A stretch of 64,000 nt of DNA from Dipteris shenzhenensis (Eukaryota): assembly GCA_047967505.1 (NCBI GenBank), contig CM106538.1; one strand, 5' to 3'. This document shows positions 50,101-60,161 of this stretch, in pieces. The translations under genes were made by a program, and so were the position numbers. How positions within the stretch are numbered: the first letter of the stretch is position 1; the number at the start of each line of letters is the position of its first letter. The notes beneath the pieces are model-generated. The model searched no databases. It was not told the DNA's origin and saw only the letters and a program-made list of their open reading frames with translations.

Positions 50101-53100
50101 ATAGAGCTTGTAGATCGCATAAGGCACAAATACGTCTCTCTCTGGGTACTCCGCCAGCTCATCCACTCTCAATACGGAGTTGATGAGATGAAGCTCGAAA
50201 TCACCCAATAGAGATCCTCAATGAGTGGGAGAGATGAATTCGGCTATACCTTGGGGGTGAATAAAGCCCTCATATTTATGAAAAAAAAAAGCCCTCATGA
50301 GAAATGCGTAGAAGGTCGAATTGTTGGACCACTGGGAGCTCACTTGGTGCCAACTAGGTCTTGTTGAACGTGTGTAGTTGTTGAAGGTCCTCGTGTAGGA
50401 CTTGCTTCATCTCATGATTTTCGAGTGGGAGAAAAGGTGCATCCTGTAGTACTAGGAGGGGGGTAATTTGTCCATGTGTAGCCCCAGTCTCTTAGACCAC
50501 CAGCACGTGTGCACACCAGCATCTCTGACTCAGGACAGAGGGGCAGGCCAGCTTCCGACGTGACCACCGGACCAAGTATAACATACTTACACTCAGAGGT
50601 AGGTGTCATTGAGGATGCCAGGGCACAAGAGCTTGCCCAGGGCTTGCCTCTTAAGACAGCTGCAAGAGCTGGGCTATAGCGCTCTGTGAGAGGGTTTGAG
50701 GCATGGTCCGGACATGAGCTGGATGGACAAAGGAGGTTACGAGTACTCTCAGGGTCTATCAAGGGTCTCATCTCTCACCAATCCTGTTTGGCCTCTACAT
50801 AAACGAGCTTGAGACATTTATCAAGACACTAGGGGGTGCTACGTCGGACATGAGCTGGATGGACAAAGGAGGTTACGAGTACTCTCAGGGTCAATCAAGG
50901 GTCTCCTCTCTCACCAATCCTGTTTAGCCTCTATATAAACAAGCTTGAGACATTTATCAAGACACTAGGGGGTGCTATGTGCTCACTCGCTGGTCCATTG
51001 ATTCAAAACTTGACCTATCCAGACAATGTAGTACTACTGTTCTCTGCATAGGGCCTCCAGAGACACTTAGATGCCCTACAGTCTTTGTGAGTCACGTGAC
51101 TTGAAGGTCAATCTTGGTAAAACCAAGGTCATGATCTTCAACACATTCAGAGCAAAGAGCAATTCAGTTTCGATGGCTCACAAGTTGAGATTGTTTCATC
51201 ATATACTTATCTAAGAGTCATCATATACTTATCTAGAGCATCTCCAACTTTTCATGCTGTCAAGGCTGATATGCAATAAGCCATCAATCCCCCACCAAAT
51301 CATTCAAACTGGGTTTGGGTCATCTGGATTGTAGTTGGATCTAGCTTTCCAAGTCATGACTTGTCTGAACCATGTCAAACGATACAATGATAGCACTTTA
51401 GGGCGACGTAGACTACCATGGCTAACACTATTCTCCTACATGGCCCTAGCAACTACGAGAAATCAGGTCTATCTCCTGAATCTGATACTTGTGAGTTCTC
51501 TCTTGTGTACACAGAAAGTCTGAAGTTTTGAATTAAAGCATTTCCTTCTCCTTCCTCCGCTGCACACCCCTTATCCAATTCTATTCCCGCGATGTGGTGA
51601 AACAATCCAAGGATCTCGGTTTTCTAGCAATATCCACCCAAGAAATCAAGTGAAAATCAGCAACTCTACTTCTCAAACTGCCTAAGTCTCTTGGATTTGA
51701 ATGTTGGCAACTTGAAGGAAGGTACTTTTGAAGATAGTTACAAATACCTGCCGTTTCTTTATAAGTTTTAACTTGCTAGGCAAACCAACCTCCATGACAA
51801 GGCGTCACCTTCTAGGCTAAAGGTTGCCAACAGGGAAATGTAGCTCAAAGTCCCTTATCTGATTCAACAAGTTATCTAGCTCTCTAAATCCATTGAAAGT
51901 TGGAAAGGGAGAGGTGACTAAGAGAGAAAAAGGGAGAAAAGATTACTGCCAACAATGTTTATGAGTGTCAAATACTCAGGGGTCACTTGGGAAAGACTAT
52001 GTTATCGACAGAAAGAACGTTTATTAAAAGTCTTTAAAAGGTGGAAGGTGAGACTGAAAGATCCTGATACAATGAGCTGAAAGGGTGGAGCCTCTAAGCG
52101 ATTCGATAACACCCAAGACGAATACAACATGTCCATAATCATAGGGATACCAATTCATAAGAAAAATCCCTTTGATCCCATTGAGAGGCTGTGATGTGGC
52201 ATCACTATGATATTTACAGATGATGCCTGTAAATATTATTCTATTAGTGACCAGGTCGTTTTAGTCATACATGCAGAACCGTACGAACTGTACGGCAGGA
52301 GCAACACAGCAGGAGCAACACGATCTGTTTGTGATAGCTGAGTCTCTCATTGGGCCAAGGATAATCTAGTCAATCCTATATCCAAGGCAAAGGCTGACAT
52401 AGTTCTAGATAATATGAAGGGTAGATTTAGGTTTCGATGTGAGTCTGTTTCTGGATGTAGTATAGTAAAGCTTGAAGCCTTGGAAAGTTTGCTGAATGTA
52501 CTTATGAGGAGGTTTTTTTTTTCTTGAGACTTAATTTTGGATGGTTTGGCTGTTGTGTAATTTCTGGCAATGTCCAGACATCAATCAAAAAGCTTATGTC
52601 ACAAGTTTCTTTGATTCCTTTCAGAATGTGCCTCCAGCTCTCTTGATACGGTTCCTCCGTGAACATCGTTCAGAGTGGGCAGAGTTGGACATCTGCACAG
52701 ATTTAGCAGCGGCTTTGGGATCCACAGTATATGGGGCCCTGGGATCAGGACGGGGAAGTACATGCTATGGTCCAGCTCCGTTGATATTGGCTAATTCTCT
52801 CGAGCAGCAGGAGGTGACATACAAATAAACCATATTTCACAACCCTTGAACTGATCATACAAATACGTTTCTCTTCAAACTTTTAATTCTTACTGTAATC
52901 TAAGGTTTTTTGGCAATGTATGGTAGCTACTGGAGCTTTTGCAGATCGAAAGCCCAAACTTTCTTCAGGATGGCAGTATCCTTTCGAAAGATCACTTTCT
53001 CTTACAGGCAAGTACTTATACTACACAACAGAAATTATGATCTGGTAAATAAATCAAGTTCAAATTTAGGGTTGTACCCTTTGTTTTTGGGCAGCATGTT

Positions 53101-54633
53101 CAAACTGAGGCAAGCAGCATTGCTTAGATACTGAGTCGTCTCCCATTACTGTTGTTCTTGCAGCTTTGCACAGGCCTTGATGAAGCAGCTGTGGGTGCTT
53201 CTGCCCAACTTGTGTTTGCCCCTGTAAATGTTACTGTTTCTGAAGACATGCCTCTCATGCCATCTGGTTTCCGTGTTGTTCCTTTGGATGGAAGCCTCAC
53301 GGTATATGTAATTTAGATACCTGACTACTAGAGCTATGCACTGTCTATGCATTAGTTTCTTGCATTTTTTCAATTTTTGTATATTTGGACTGTAGGATGA
53401 ACATGAAGTGGCTCGGACGCTAGATTTGGCTTCTACACTGGAGGGTGGAGTTCGAGGAGCTGCATTGTTGAATGACCAAGCAAATTCTAACTGTCCCTCT
53501 CGCTCAATACTCATTATCGCTTTCCAATTCCCATGCGAGGTCCATGCCTGTGAAAATGTAGCAACCATTGCCCGCAAATATGTGCGCACTGTTGTTGCAT
53601 CTGTATTGCGTGTTGCGATGGCTTTAGCCTCAAATATTGGCACACAAATTGGGCTAAAGCAATCACCTGGAACTCCGGAGCTTCTTCTCCTTGCACGAAA
53701 AATACTGCAAAGCTACGAGTACTGATTTCTAACCGAGCCTTTCCTCTCTTGAATACAATTTGAATTGTTTCTAATTTTAGATCCAGGTCTGCACTTTTGG
53801 AGCCAGTATATGTATACTAGCTGCACATGGAGAAGTCTTACAAGATATGCAATGTTAATAGAAAACATAATTGAATCTGCAGGGTACAATTTGGGGTAGA
53901 GCTTCTTAGAGGACATTCTGAGAACCTGGATGGGTTGTTCAAGCTGTTGTGGCATCATCCTGATGCCATTTTCTGCTGCATCTGCAAGGTAACGGATTTT
54001 CAGTGGCTTGCAGTATTTAGAAGAGAAACTGAGAGTGGGTTTTAATACAGCTTGTTGTCTCTCCCTTTTTATGGCCAGGCTTCCACAGACATAATTTTTG
54101 CCAATCAGTCAGGCTTAGATATGTTTGAAACGACTTCAAGTGCATTGCCGCACTTGGAGTGGCAGAAGACACTCGATGAAAATGCAAGAAAGACAGCCTC
54201 CACTGATTTCACAGAAGTGTTGCAGAGGGTGAGTTGATGAAAACTATAAGCATCTCAAATGGATTGTTTTTTGCGTGACTCCAATTATGGGTTGTCTTGA
54301 TGGCAATCAGTGCTTTGAAAAACGGTAAATTTGCTTGCTGGTGAGAAAGTGGTATTATTTTCCTTTCAGTGTCCAAGAGTTGAAAGTTTATTGTTACTTG
54401 AAATAGGAGGGATCTAGCAAACAATATCAATTGTGTGAAAAGTTTGTAGTCTCTGTGCATAAAATTGACTTTGATTTGAGTGGATTGGATTGTAGGGTTT
54501 TGCGTACCTTCCTGGGGGCATTCGAATCTCCAGCACTGGCAGGGTTGCCACCTTTGAGCGTGCTGTTGCTTGGAAAGTTGACGGGGATGCATTGCAATGC
54601 ATAGCTTTCATGTTTGTTAAATGGTCCTTCTGA
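19904..54633 (+). CDS. C3HDZ: Class III homeodomain-leucine zipper (HD-Zip III; PHB/PHV/REV/ATHB8/CNA family) transcription factor, 18 exons, 851 aa
   Basis: Manual join of 19904..20112, 20413..20626, 20746..20834, 20913..21003, 21113..21208, 21411..21524, 21899..21982, 41533..41688, 41799..41873, 41971..42077, 42157..42352, 52625..52813, 52927..53007, 53164..53301, 53396..53718, 53883..53988, 54079..54228, 54496..54633 gives 2556 nt, in frame with no internal stop. Domains: HD ([29 protein letters not shown]), leucine zipper, START ([21 protein letters not shown]), SAD and MEKHLA (..AFMFVKWSF*). The symbol is family level, not an orthology call. Confidence 0.96.
20413..20626 (+). CDS. C3HDZ: C3HDZ exon 2 (end of HD, leucine zipper)
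   Basis: [41 protein letters not shown] borders. Confidence 0.9.
20746..20834 (+). CDS. C3HDZ: C3HDZ exon 3
   Basis: [30 protein letters not shown] (CESV-like motif). CCAG acceptor, GTGAGT donor. Confidence 0.9.
20913..21003 (+). CDS. C3HDZ: C3HDZ exon 4 (START; 5' half of miR166 site)
   Basis: [30 protein letters not shown]. Confidence 0.95.
20993..21122 (+). promoter_or_regulatory. miR165/166 target site, formed only after splicing of intron 4 (20993..21003 + 21113..21122)
   Basis: Spliced sequence CCGGAATGAAG|CCTGGTCCCG versus the miR166 complement GGGGAATGAAGCCTGGTCCGA. Confidence 0.9.
21113..21208 (+). CDS. C3HDZ: C3HDZ exon 5 (START; 3' half of miR166 site)
   Basis: [32 protein letters not shown]. 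Confidence 0.95.
21411..21524 (+). CDS. C3HDZ: C3HDZ exon 6
   Basis: [38 protein letters not shown]. Confidence 0.95.
21899..21982 (+). CDS. C3HDZ: C3HDZ exon 7
   Basis: [28 protein letters not shown]. Donor GTAAGT. Confidence 0.95.
22005..22612. repeat. Near-perfect 304-bp tandem duplication at the start of intron 7
   Basis: Units 22005..22308 and 22309..22612 both start TCTGATTACATTTTTCTGG and differ at only a few bases. Confidence 0.9.
24706..25435 (-). mobile_element. Diverged LTR fragment of the same family as 47107..48237
   Basis: Begins TGTTAGAAAT..AAAGGGTACCCACAATGGAAG..TAAATAGACAATG, alignable to the reverse complement of the 3' part of 47107..48237. No TSD found. Right boundary uncertain. 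Confidence 0.6.
27659..28029 (+). repeat. Copy of the internal leader (28515..28893) of the adjacent retroelement, lying outside its 5' LTR
   Basis: High identity from TGGAGAGTTGGCATATGGACTATGG through to CATGTCACA. Confidence 0.85.
29560..36586 (-). mobile_element. Intact, very recent Ty3/gypsy chromovirus LTR retrotransposon (Reina-like)
   Basis: 310-bp TG..CA LTRs at 29560..29869 and 36277..36586 differing at one base (gCtgag/gTtgag). TSD CTTTT. PBS TGGTATCAGAGC (36264..36275, tRNA-iMet). PPT next to the 3' LTR. Single uninterrupted gag-pol ORF. Confidence 0.97.
29948..35473 (-). CDS. Gag-Pol polyprotein (Gag, aspartic protease, RT, RNase H, integrase, chromodomain), 1841 aa from the first ATG
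   Basis: AHTWW (Gag), [24 protein letters not shown] (PR), [32 protein letters not shown] (RT), [13 protein letters not shown] (RH), [34 protein letters not shown] (INT), [13 protein letters not shown] (chromodomain). Confidence 0.96.
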   Translation of the reverse strand: MAPKRAPRSDESSQHGDDVAQQEQMPVPEGASPSQPVSAMPTDTQFLDALASMLQGAFQQMGQQLGQQLTTAMAMHDTAITQMGKNLGQQITTAISMHDKGKQPAPQHGDQSDSQGDFPDPHRGFMADGRRTYDVGSMHAPQHGDYVDFGDALPVPPSTSLIDFRPPFGSHISLAEPSILGRPIGTFLPTASMPGLGVGFQGSWERGQSSSQPFSMPPTHRDVYGRQTQQGLHASMTPPVNTFSQTQPAYQGGNAFSQTHFMHQGSGSPNQHDAGSGQHANMDDVLSDALRSYRALPEDVRNEMSFSQYVSFKREYAGNHYRNNAAKDVKDKISVHKFKGDTRTPNELEEWLTKLEDYFRFYPKNDEERIIFAGMHLQDYAHTWWRYMRESPQKPTTWKQFKELMVTTFVSALILEQYLAEFYALSQTGTVQEYLQRFWRLSLFVQDISEKGKLLRFIQGLDPSLAADVRAHNPLTIERAAQLAEVFEPKYAGKYKHVSHSFYGTAYDADRKTNSADWIDKKPAAASFPRYPTVSRSKMPYAKPYRPMDAKTGVKPSAGFGKSEVKQHSRAIMDSRKKANLCFRCGEKWTPEHRDVCKMKNVSSAKLSMIIELSDDDEVADVGDPHDVSHEELTGVHDVDESPDTDATKGTAFPFDPGGAIEQTTHVMHEIDIQPTCSRKGRKPTLSVLEHQPTMPSPVRGDANGSVPVDDEQIYWDVQPTLYTISLHALMGAKSADTIRLKGMINGRSVHVLVDSGSTHSFINCRTLKRLGLVATEIDHGLKVEIANGQHMISRHCCQDARIKFSDHYEFAGDLLALDMGPIDAVLGCDWLKSLGKISIDLNALSLEFCHKGRTVTLQGIVNQKLQVISARQLARELKNESAIYALNVSVPQEGGIPHVDNCEMQKLLLEFGDVFADMPSQLPPKRDVDHAIVLEHGSKPINKAPYRLSKVEREEVATQVRDLLEKNFIAHSTSPFASPVLLVKKKDGSFRMCIDYRELNKTTIKNRFPIPRIDDLLDELKGAQYFTKIDLRSGYHQIRMKEGDEHKTAFRTERGLYEFKVMPFGLTNAPATFQALMNKILHHLLFKCVLVFFDDILIYSKDAQEHIDHVRQVLEILRMHQLYAKASKCTFMAEEVECLGHVVSRHGIKVDPAKVKCIKEWPQPQNTTQLRGFLGLASFYRRFIRHFAKRAAPLTDLLEKDAFQWSEAAQLSFDNLKNALSNAPVLVCPDFSRSFIIETDASGKGLGAVLKQEHGVIAFESRKFNAREMNYHVYDQEMLAILHAFAKWHHYLYGSKIKVKTDHRTLKYFLTQPNLSMKQKRWLAAVQSYDFDIEYRKGKENVVADALSRMWSCKLSAISTLHQEWIIGIQEEHMQNSDAAPIFMELQSPSSQGHVRFQLRNGLLWCRDRIYLVPDSKYRLMVLQEMHSSPMSGHTGITKTYEKVKESFIWDGLWRDVVKFVSECLPCQQNKVDSRLPVGLLQPLPIPEGKWTHIAMDFITGLPSTDKGWDSIFVVVDRMTKQAHFIPTKTRYSASQVAWQFIEYVFKHHGFPQEIVSDRDAKFMGHFWQELFTAVGTSLAPSTAYHPQTDGQSERVNKWVEEYLRHYCHDTQKSWDKWLALAEFCYNSTKHLSIGMSPFEAMYGCKVGMPSKVANLAVKNQQARNDLESMNALLQLAKRNMQDAQAKQKKYADEQRRYLSFEEGDYVHLRLHKNRYSSLKGNTNTKLAHRYYGPYKIIRKVGQVAYQLELPSTSKIHNVFHVSLLKPHVGQHVQVLPELPPMDEEGHIIYVPEQIKGFRDRELRNKAYTEYLIKWKGLTEDENSWQPESIVQDYPYLLQS
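37421..38187. mobile_element. Solo LTR (767 bp) inserted in the 3' LTR of the host element
   Basis: Starts TGTAG and ends TTAATA (probably a decayed ..ACA). Perfect TSD AAGAG (37416..37420 and 38188..38192). The host LTR resumes exactly afterwards. Internal CAGATCTGGAGCAG repeats. Confidence 0.85.
39251..39419. repeat. ~88-bp tandem duplication
   Basis: CTTTCTTCTTCTTGGACCAG..ATAGGGACTCAATTT occurs twice. Confidence 0.8.
40980..41345. repeat. Degenerate tandem array: three GGTAAAGYAGCACTGGCTCC cores separated by (GTGTAA)-like microsatellite
   Basis: Core motif at about 41038, 41160 and 41299. Confidence 0.8.
41533..41688 (+). CDS. C3HDZ: C3HDZ exon 8
   Basis: [42 protein letters not shown] acceptor, GTAAG donor. 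Confidence 0.93.
41799..41873 (+). CDS. C3HDZ: C3HDZ exon 9
   Basis: [25 protein letters not shown]. Confidence 0.95.
41971..42077 (+). CDS. C3HDZ: C3HDZ exon 10
   Basis: [29 protein letters not shown]. Confidence 0.92.
42157..42352 (+). CDS. C3HDZ: C3HDZ exon 11
   Basis: [37 protein letters not shown]. Confidence 0.95.
43161..43482. repeat. Four degenerate copies of a ~45-bp motif (GAGATTGGTATGATGTAAGCTTTAGGCACTAAATCCAAAGT)
   Basis: Copies at about 43161, 43233, 43378 and 43429 with irregular spacing. Confidence 0.8.
43483..44943 (-). mobile_element. LTR (- orientation) of the 47107 family, with an internal ~101-bp tandem duplication (43510..43715)
   Basis: On the - strand it starts TGTTGGAAAGGTCACCCCCCCATCTGTAAGCCCCCAAATGAGGAGAGC (compare 47107 TGTTGGGAAGGTTATCCCCCCATGTGTAATCCCCCAAATGAGGAGAGC) and ends ATTTCTAACA. 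No clean TSD. Confidence 0.7.
47107..50115 (+). mobile_element. Non-autonomous Ty1/copia-like LTR element (decayed gag only, 3' LTR truncated)
   Basis: 5' LTR 47107..48237 (TG..CA), PBS TGGTATCAAAAC at 48238. Gag remnant [13 protein letters not shown] and zinc knuckle [24 protein letters not shown] at 49987..49995. Partial 3' LTR from 49996. Confidence 0.75.
50709..51240 (+). mobile_element. Non-LTR (LINE, RTE-like) reverse transcriptase remnant with a ~135-bp tandem duplication
   Basis: [17 protein letters not shown] (twice), [36 protein letters not shown]. Confidence 0.75.
52625..52813 (+). CDS. C3HDZ: C3HDZ exon 12
   Basis: [30 protein letters not shown]. Confidence 0.95.
52927..53007 (+). 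CDS. C3HDZ: C3HDZ exon 13 (GC donor)
   Basis: [27 protein letters not shown], followed by CAG|GCAAGT. Confidence 0.88.
53164..53301 (+). CDS. C3HDZ: C3HDZ exon 14
   Basis: [34 protein letters not shown]. Confidence 0.95.
53396..53718 (+). CDS. C3HDZ: C3HDZ exon 15
   Basis: [50 protein letters not shown]. Confidence 0.95.
53883..53988 (+). CDS. C3HDZ: C3HDZ exon 16 (MEKHLA)
   Basis: [26 protein letters not shown]. Confidence 0.93.
54079..54228 (+). CDS. C3HDZ: C3HDZ exon 17 (MEKHLA)
   Basis: [28 protein letters not shown]. Confidence 0.93.
54496..54633 (+). CDS. C3HDZ: C3HDZ exon 18 (MEKHLA, stop)
   Basis: [39 protein letters not shown], then TGA. Confidence 0.95.
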   Translation, partial: GFAYLPGGIRISSTGRVATFERAVAWKVDGDALQCIAFMFVKWSF

Positions 54634-54879
54634 AAAATTTCCAACAAGAGTGGACCTTTTTTCCAAACATCATCTTAGCTTATTTATCATATACCTGCTG
54701 ATCAAATGGATTACATTGTGTGTATACTCATACCAGAAACATTCCAAAACTTTTTGTCTTATCAGCCAGCCCAACATATTATGATTGTTGCAATTTCTTG
54801 GTAATTGATTTCTCTACATGACTAATCTGTTGTGTAATCAAACAGCAGCTTGATTGGGTCTTTCTCATGATAGCTCTAT

Positions 54880-55250
54880 ATAAGCAGATATTGCGTGATT
54901 TTGTTTAGCTTATCTGCACAAAATCTTGCGTTTTTCCAAGACTACAATGGGAAGCTAATTTTTTAAAACTACACTGAAAAGTAGTGATATGGCTCTCACT
55001 TAGGCAGATATTGCACATTTTTGGTTTCGGTCTTCTGCACAACATTTTGCGGTATGGATGTTTCATCTGTACACGGGCAGATGTTGCATGATTTTGTTTA
55101 GCATAATGTGAACAACGTTTTGAATTCTTTGCTAGAGTGAATGGAAGCGTGCCTTTTTAAGAAAAGTAGTAATATGGCTCACATAAGCAGATATTGCACG
55201 ATTTGGTTAGGTATTCTGCACAACGTTTGTAGTCTTTGTTAGAATACAAT
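54880..55250. repeat. Four degenerate GCAGATATTGC..TCTGCACAA repeat units downstream of the C3HDZ stop
   Basis: Units at about 54881, 55001, 55075 and 55185. Confidence 0.7.
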
Positions 55251-56219
55251 GGTGATCTCATTTTTAACAACTTAAAGCATTAAGTATGTTAGTAAGTTGA
55301 ACCTCTTAACTTGAATAGTCTATTGAAAATGTCTGGTGAGGCATATCGTTTGTAGGTGTTTTTGTATTTTGTTTTAGGACTGTTTTGAAATGGACTCTCA
55401 ATCAATTGAGTCCTCTTGGTGCAAAAAAGATCTGGCTCAGTTTCACATTTCAATTTCTAATATACAAATTGGATTGGCTCTATGGGCTTGTTTTTTGGAA
55501 CTAAGCTCTGAAAACCGATTTAACTAGGAAAACTCCAAATACTATCAGAAATCGAAAGATATAGATCACATCATTAGCATCCACAAAAGTCAGAATGGGT
55601 CTGATGTAAAAGGTGCAATTGAGCATTTGTTCACTCATTGCTTGCAGTAACAGTAGATGTGATTATCCTAATGGAATATGGTGTCAGGTTTCAATATGTA
55701 TTGCAACTTGTAGCAAAGATTGCTCATTGTATTTCTCTATTGCATAAGGAAATCCAAGGATTTCAATATTCATTTCCTTACTTGGATAGCAATCCCACTA
55801 TATATTTTAATATCCTCCCAGAGCATTGACAGTGATATCTGCTCTGTCAACTTGTGAGAGCGATCTAAATACGCTACACCAAATGCTAAATTGAATCGTA
55901 TAGTCAAATCTGCATAGATGAGACTCCCTATGTAAGGAAATTTCTATTTCCACTCCTGACTTTGTCTCCTCTAAAGTGGATTCATAGATTGTCTCCTCTA
56001 AAGTGGATTCATAGCTGTGTGAAGGGACTTGCATTAACGAAACGCCCATGGTCTGGAGGCTCCCGAATATCCTTATCTTTCATGCCATTTCTTGAATATG
56101 CTTGTTTTCTATGCACTGTCTCCAAGAATATGAAGCCTTGCTGCTTTTATGTTTTCCTTAAAAATTTGTGACAAAAAACTCATTGTTTTTCTCTGTAATG
56201 TGCACAATGTCTTAAGCAG

Positions 56220-56627
56220 ATTATCTCAGATGGAAGTGTCTTACTAGGCGGTGCTTCTTTCAAATTGCTAGAACAGTCGATGATGGAATCTTCTTAGTTG
56301 GACGTGTTATTTGCAAGTATTATTTCGGGAGGCTACCAGGAGGTGCTCGCTCATTTTGAGTTTCATGACCAGCTTGGCTTTCCATCTCTTCTACCTTTCG
56401 TGTTCTCCATTGATAGAATCGCTTGTTAGTAAAAAAGCTTTCAGCTATAGGGTGCGCAGAAGCTAGGAAAACATCAAGTATCAGTCTGGTACCCTGTATG
56501 AGTATGATGTGCTTGATTTCTCTGAGAATGGACGGGAAATACCTCCTATGGATCTTGTGAGGTCTTGGGATGTGGCTGTCTGAGAAATACATGAGTTTAT
56601 TAGCACTACTTTCAGGCAGCGCTGCAG
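56220..56627 (+). pseudogene. Possible decayed exon of an unidentified gene
   Basis: AG acceptor at 56219 and CAG|GTAC donor at 56627. Protein-like translation (..SGTLYEYDVLDFSENGREIPPMDLVRSWDVAV*EIHEFISTTFRQRC) with in-frame stops. Family not recognised. Confidence 0.3.
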
Positions 56628-56639
56628 GTACTTGGCCGC

Positions 56640-56691
56640 TTTTTATTTTGGTTCTTTTCCTCTCCCACACTACACATTCTTTTTTTAAGAA

Positions 56692-56749
<58 letters not shown>

Positions 56750-56992
56750 TTGAACTTTCCTATACACTGCTTCCATCTCATGTGTTGCAAATTGATCATT
56801 TATTCATATTGACAATTGTTTTCCTTTGACAGAACCAACTTTTATTCATCTTGACAATTGTTCTCCTTTGACAGAACCAACTTGAAGTGATCACGACTAC
56901 AAGCATTGACCCACACACTTTGCCACGGGGTCTCTTTCTATTTTGGTTCTTTCTCTCTCTCCTTCCCCCACACACTTTTTTTTAAAAAAGAA

Positions 56993-57032
<40 letters not shown>

Positions 57033-57034
57033 TT

Positions 57035-57074
<40 letters not shown>

Positions 57075-57228
57075 ACACACACACACACACACACACACGC
57101 ACGCACGCATGCATGCATGCGGAGTTTGCAAATCATTCGAACTTTTCTATACATGGCTTCCATCACATGTTGCAAATTAATCATTTATTTTTCTTGACAA
57201 TTGTTTTCCTTTGATAGAACCAACTTGA
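56640..57228. repeat. Duplicated block with compound (CT)n(CA)n microsatellites
   Basis: 56640..56886 and 56937..57228 share flanks (TATTTTGGTTCTTT..TGTTGCAAATT..TTGACAATTGTTTTCCTTTGA.AGAACCAACTT). Confidence 0.8.
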
Positions 57229-60161
57229 AGGTAGTGCTCACGAGTACTTGTACTCGCTTGTTTTTTCTACGGGCAAGTCATCCAGTTGGTCTCTTTGCAT
57301 CAGACTCAGAATCTTGAGTATTGCAATGCTTCTTTGACTTTAGGATCAAGTTTGAGGCAACATGAGTCACTCGACTCGGAAGGGGTAGCAAATACCATAA
57401 AGGTGCCAATGGTGAAAATCAACGAAAAATAAATGCTGGCTGTTAGGAAGAAGTTGGAGTTTGATCTATGAGCTAATTCTCCTAATCTCAGTTTGCAAAA
57501 TTAATCACCAAAACAAACCTTACCTTCACGAGAAGAGGAAGTAGAGTCTAATGATCACATTTAATCATATGCATAGACAGTGTGTAGGGTGAGTAACATT
57601 AAACGAGACTTAAAAATTACTCGAACTTAACGTATAGTCTTGTTTTTCTTCGAATCACAGATGTACAATATGGATTTGGGGGGGGAGAGGGGGGGAGAGA
57701 GAGAGAGAGAGAGAGAGATGTGTGCATCCGAATTGGGAGTTGGAAGTTACCTAATCATACAAGAATTTTGATGAGATATCCTCTTGGAGATAACCACTTG
57801 AATATCTTGTGGGTTGGAACTCATGTAGGATAGAGATGTGGATGCAAAGTGGGAATTACTTGGCCATACTTTACCTTGCCAAAAAAGCTTCCCAAGAGAA
57901 GCTTCAGAAAATCTCAATTGCAATCTTTGTTGAAGGATGCCAAAGAAGTCACGTGTGTCGGGGAAGTGCCAAAAGATATGAGCGACAAGACTCCTTGAGA
58001 GTCCAACATCGACTACAAATAGTGGGAGCAATACGATTGCATAATAAAAGCTGTCTAGACGAAAGAAACCCCAACAGAACACGCCATATGAAGACTTGTT
58101 GTGGAAGAGGGACCTTGGAGTGTCAAATGTGTTTCAATCAGTGTCAAATGTGTTTCAATCTTTTCCTCCACCATTTGACTGGACCATGCAAATCTCAAAT
58201 CTAATTGGCAGTATCTGATGCCCAAGGTGGAGATAGCAGGACCTCATGTAAAGATGACATTGTAATATGAGACAGCTTCAAAGGACGAATGGACAAGTGT
58301 GATGGGACAGTTCTCCCACCATGTTCTCATGGGTAAGCCTCTTGCATAGAGCATCAGACCACCTCCAGCATGGAATTGTCCACATCACATAGTTGATGAT
58401 ACACCAGTCATGACTTCGGACAAGATTTGTGAGTGGAAAGAGAACCTTCTTCAATCACTTTGCCATAAGGCATGTACCAATGTATGATGCCGACTTGAGC
58501 CTCATTGATCTTGAGCGATCAGACACACATGCTTCGGATGTTAGCATGGATCAGCCAATAGTTTCTAATCATGCATATTCCTTAGTAAGCCCTCAGCATG
58601 AGGCACACTTCTTGATAAGCCCTCAACATGAGGCACATTCAGCAGTAGTAAGCCCTCAGCATGAGGCAATCCCACTCATATCAGCACAGTTTGATTCTAG
58701 TGATGTACAACCATCATCATGCATGGATCCGACTCCATATTTTGCTACCATAGGTATAGATACACAACAAGATGGCACCAGTGATCATTTATCTCTTCAG
58801 GTGATTCCATTCCAGCATCCATGATTGATGCTTTCACCTCTGATACAGAGCATATCTTGGACACAGTTTCATGAGCAGTATAGATCAACAGATCACAGTC
58901 TACAAGACATTCCAGCATCAGCTCTGTCATGCCGCATTGCACCACCCTTGGATCTAGTGATCACCACCTCTTTCGATCATCAGATCGTTCCTCAGCCTGA
59001 GGATACCTATGCAGTAGTGTGGTCCTACCCCAGTGCAGTGGACATCATCAAGTTCGACCATAGTGCAACTTGGGGAGACTCAGTGTTTTATCATGCACTT
59101 ATGGTTGTAGTATACAATCCATACTTGAGGCCGACCAATGGTTGGATCCATGGCTTCAAATCAATCCCGACATTAGCATTTGGCACCTTGTATGCCTCGG
59201 GGACATCTTATGCATTTTTAGTTATATTTTAGGATGTTAGGCCTTTATACTATCAGCTCCTTCTTGATGCTCGAACTAGATTCCATTTCATCATGTTCAA
59301 TTTTTTGGATCATTGATTCTTGCATTCTCATGTCTATTTGGTGCCTTCATTGAAACACATGTATAGAATACCTTACCTTCACAAAACAGAGTTTCTTGAA
59401 GCATTGTTTATACAGAGGATAATTTAAAATAAAGGAAAGTCTCATAAGGAAAATGAGAGATGTTTACTAACCCATCAAACTCATTGCCCATTTCTCCATG
59501 AGATGGATCCCCAAACACAGCTCTACTAAGCATGGACTTAATGAGAGTCTCAGCTTTTATTCCTTGTTCACTCTTCCATTTTGTGGCCTGAATCTCCTCA
59601 GGCAAAGTCTTCAATGCATGGGTGTCTTGCTTGCTTCCTTTAACTCCATGACTTTTAAGTTCTCCCACTTTGTGAAAATTGCATTAATAAGATTCCATCC
59701 TTCATAATTTGGAACATTTCATCCTACGCTCTAAAGCTGTTACTTGGTCTTGTTAGATCTTTAATAGATGTAAAAGTCCTAGTCTCATTTAATAAAGACA
59801 AACAAAACTCTAGAGTGATGACAAAATGATCCTCTTTAAGGATTGCAAACTCATTGTGATAAAAGCATACCCATTCTATCCACCAGGGTCAACGTTTTCT
59901 TGGGTGTAGCCAATCACAAAACTATTTTTAGGGCCATTTTGGGGCTACGACATGATGCGTTGGATCAAATTTTGAATTTTATGCGGACCCTCACTCTCAC
60001 CAAAAGATTTTTTCGGCATCATGATTTGCTACACTGGCATAATAATGAGACACAATCTTATCATTGTCAACAGTGCAGAGCTCAACACATGGCACTACAT
60101 GCATTTAATCATGAGCATAGAGACTATTGCCCTGCCCTCCTTTGTACAGCGTAGTCTTTTG

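Noticed and set aside
53146-53643. 165-aa antisense ORF over exons 14-15, and similar antisense ORFs over exon 1 and gag-pol
   Set aside because: Shadow frames of real coding sequence with no independent motif support.
56320-57214. ORFs with CVCVCV/THTHTH/ERERER runs
   Set aside because: Translations of (CA)n and (CT)n microsatellites.
57750-59830. Possible retrotransposon remnant with short internal repeats (SPQHEA three times)
   Set aside because: Composition is TE-like, but I could not identify diagnostic motifs or boundaries well enough to call it.
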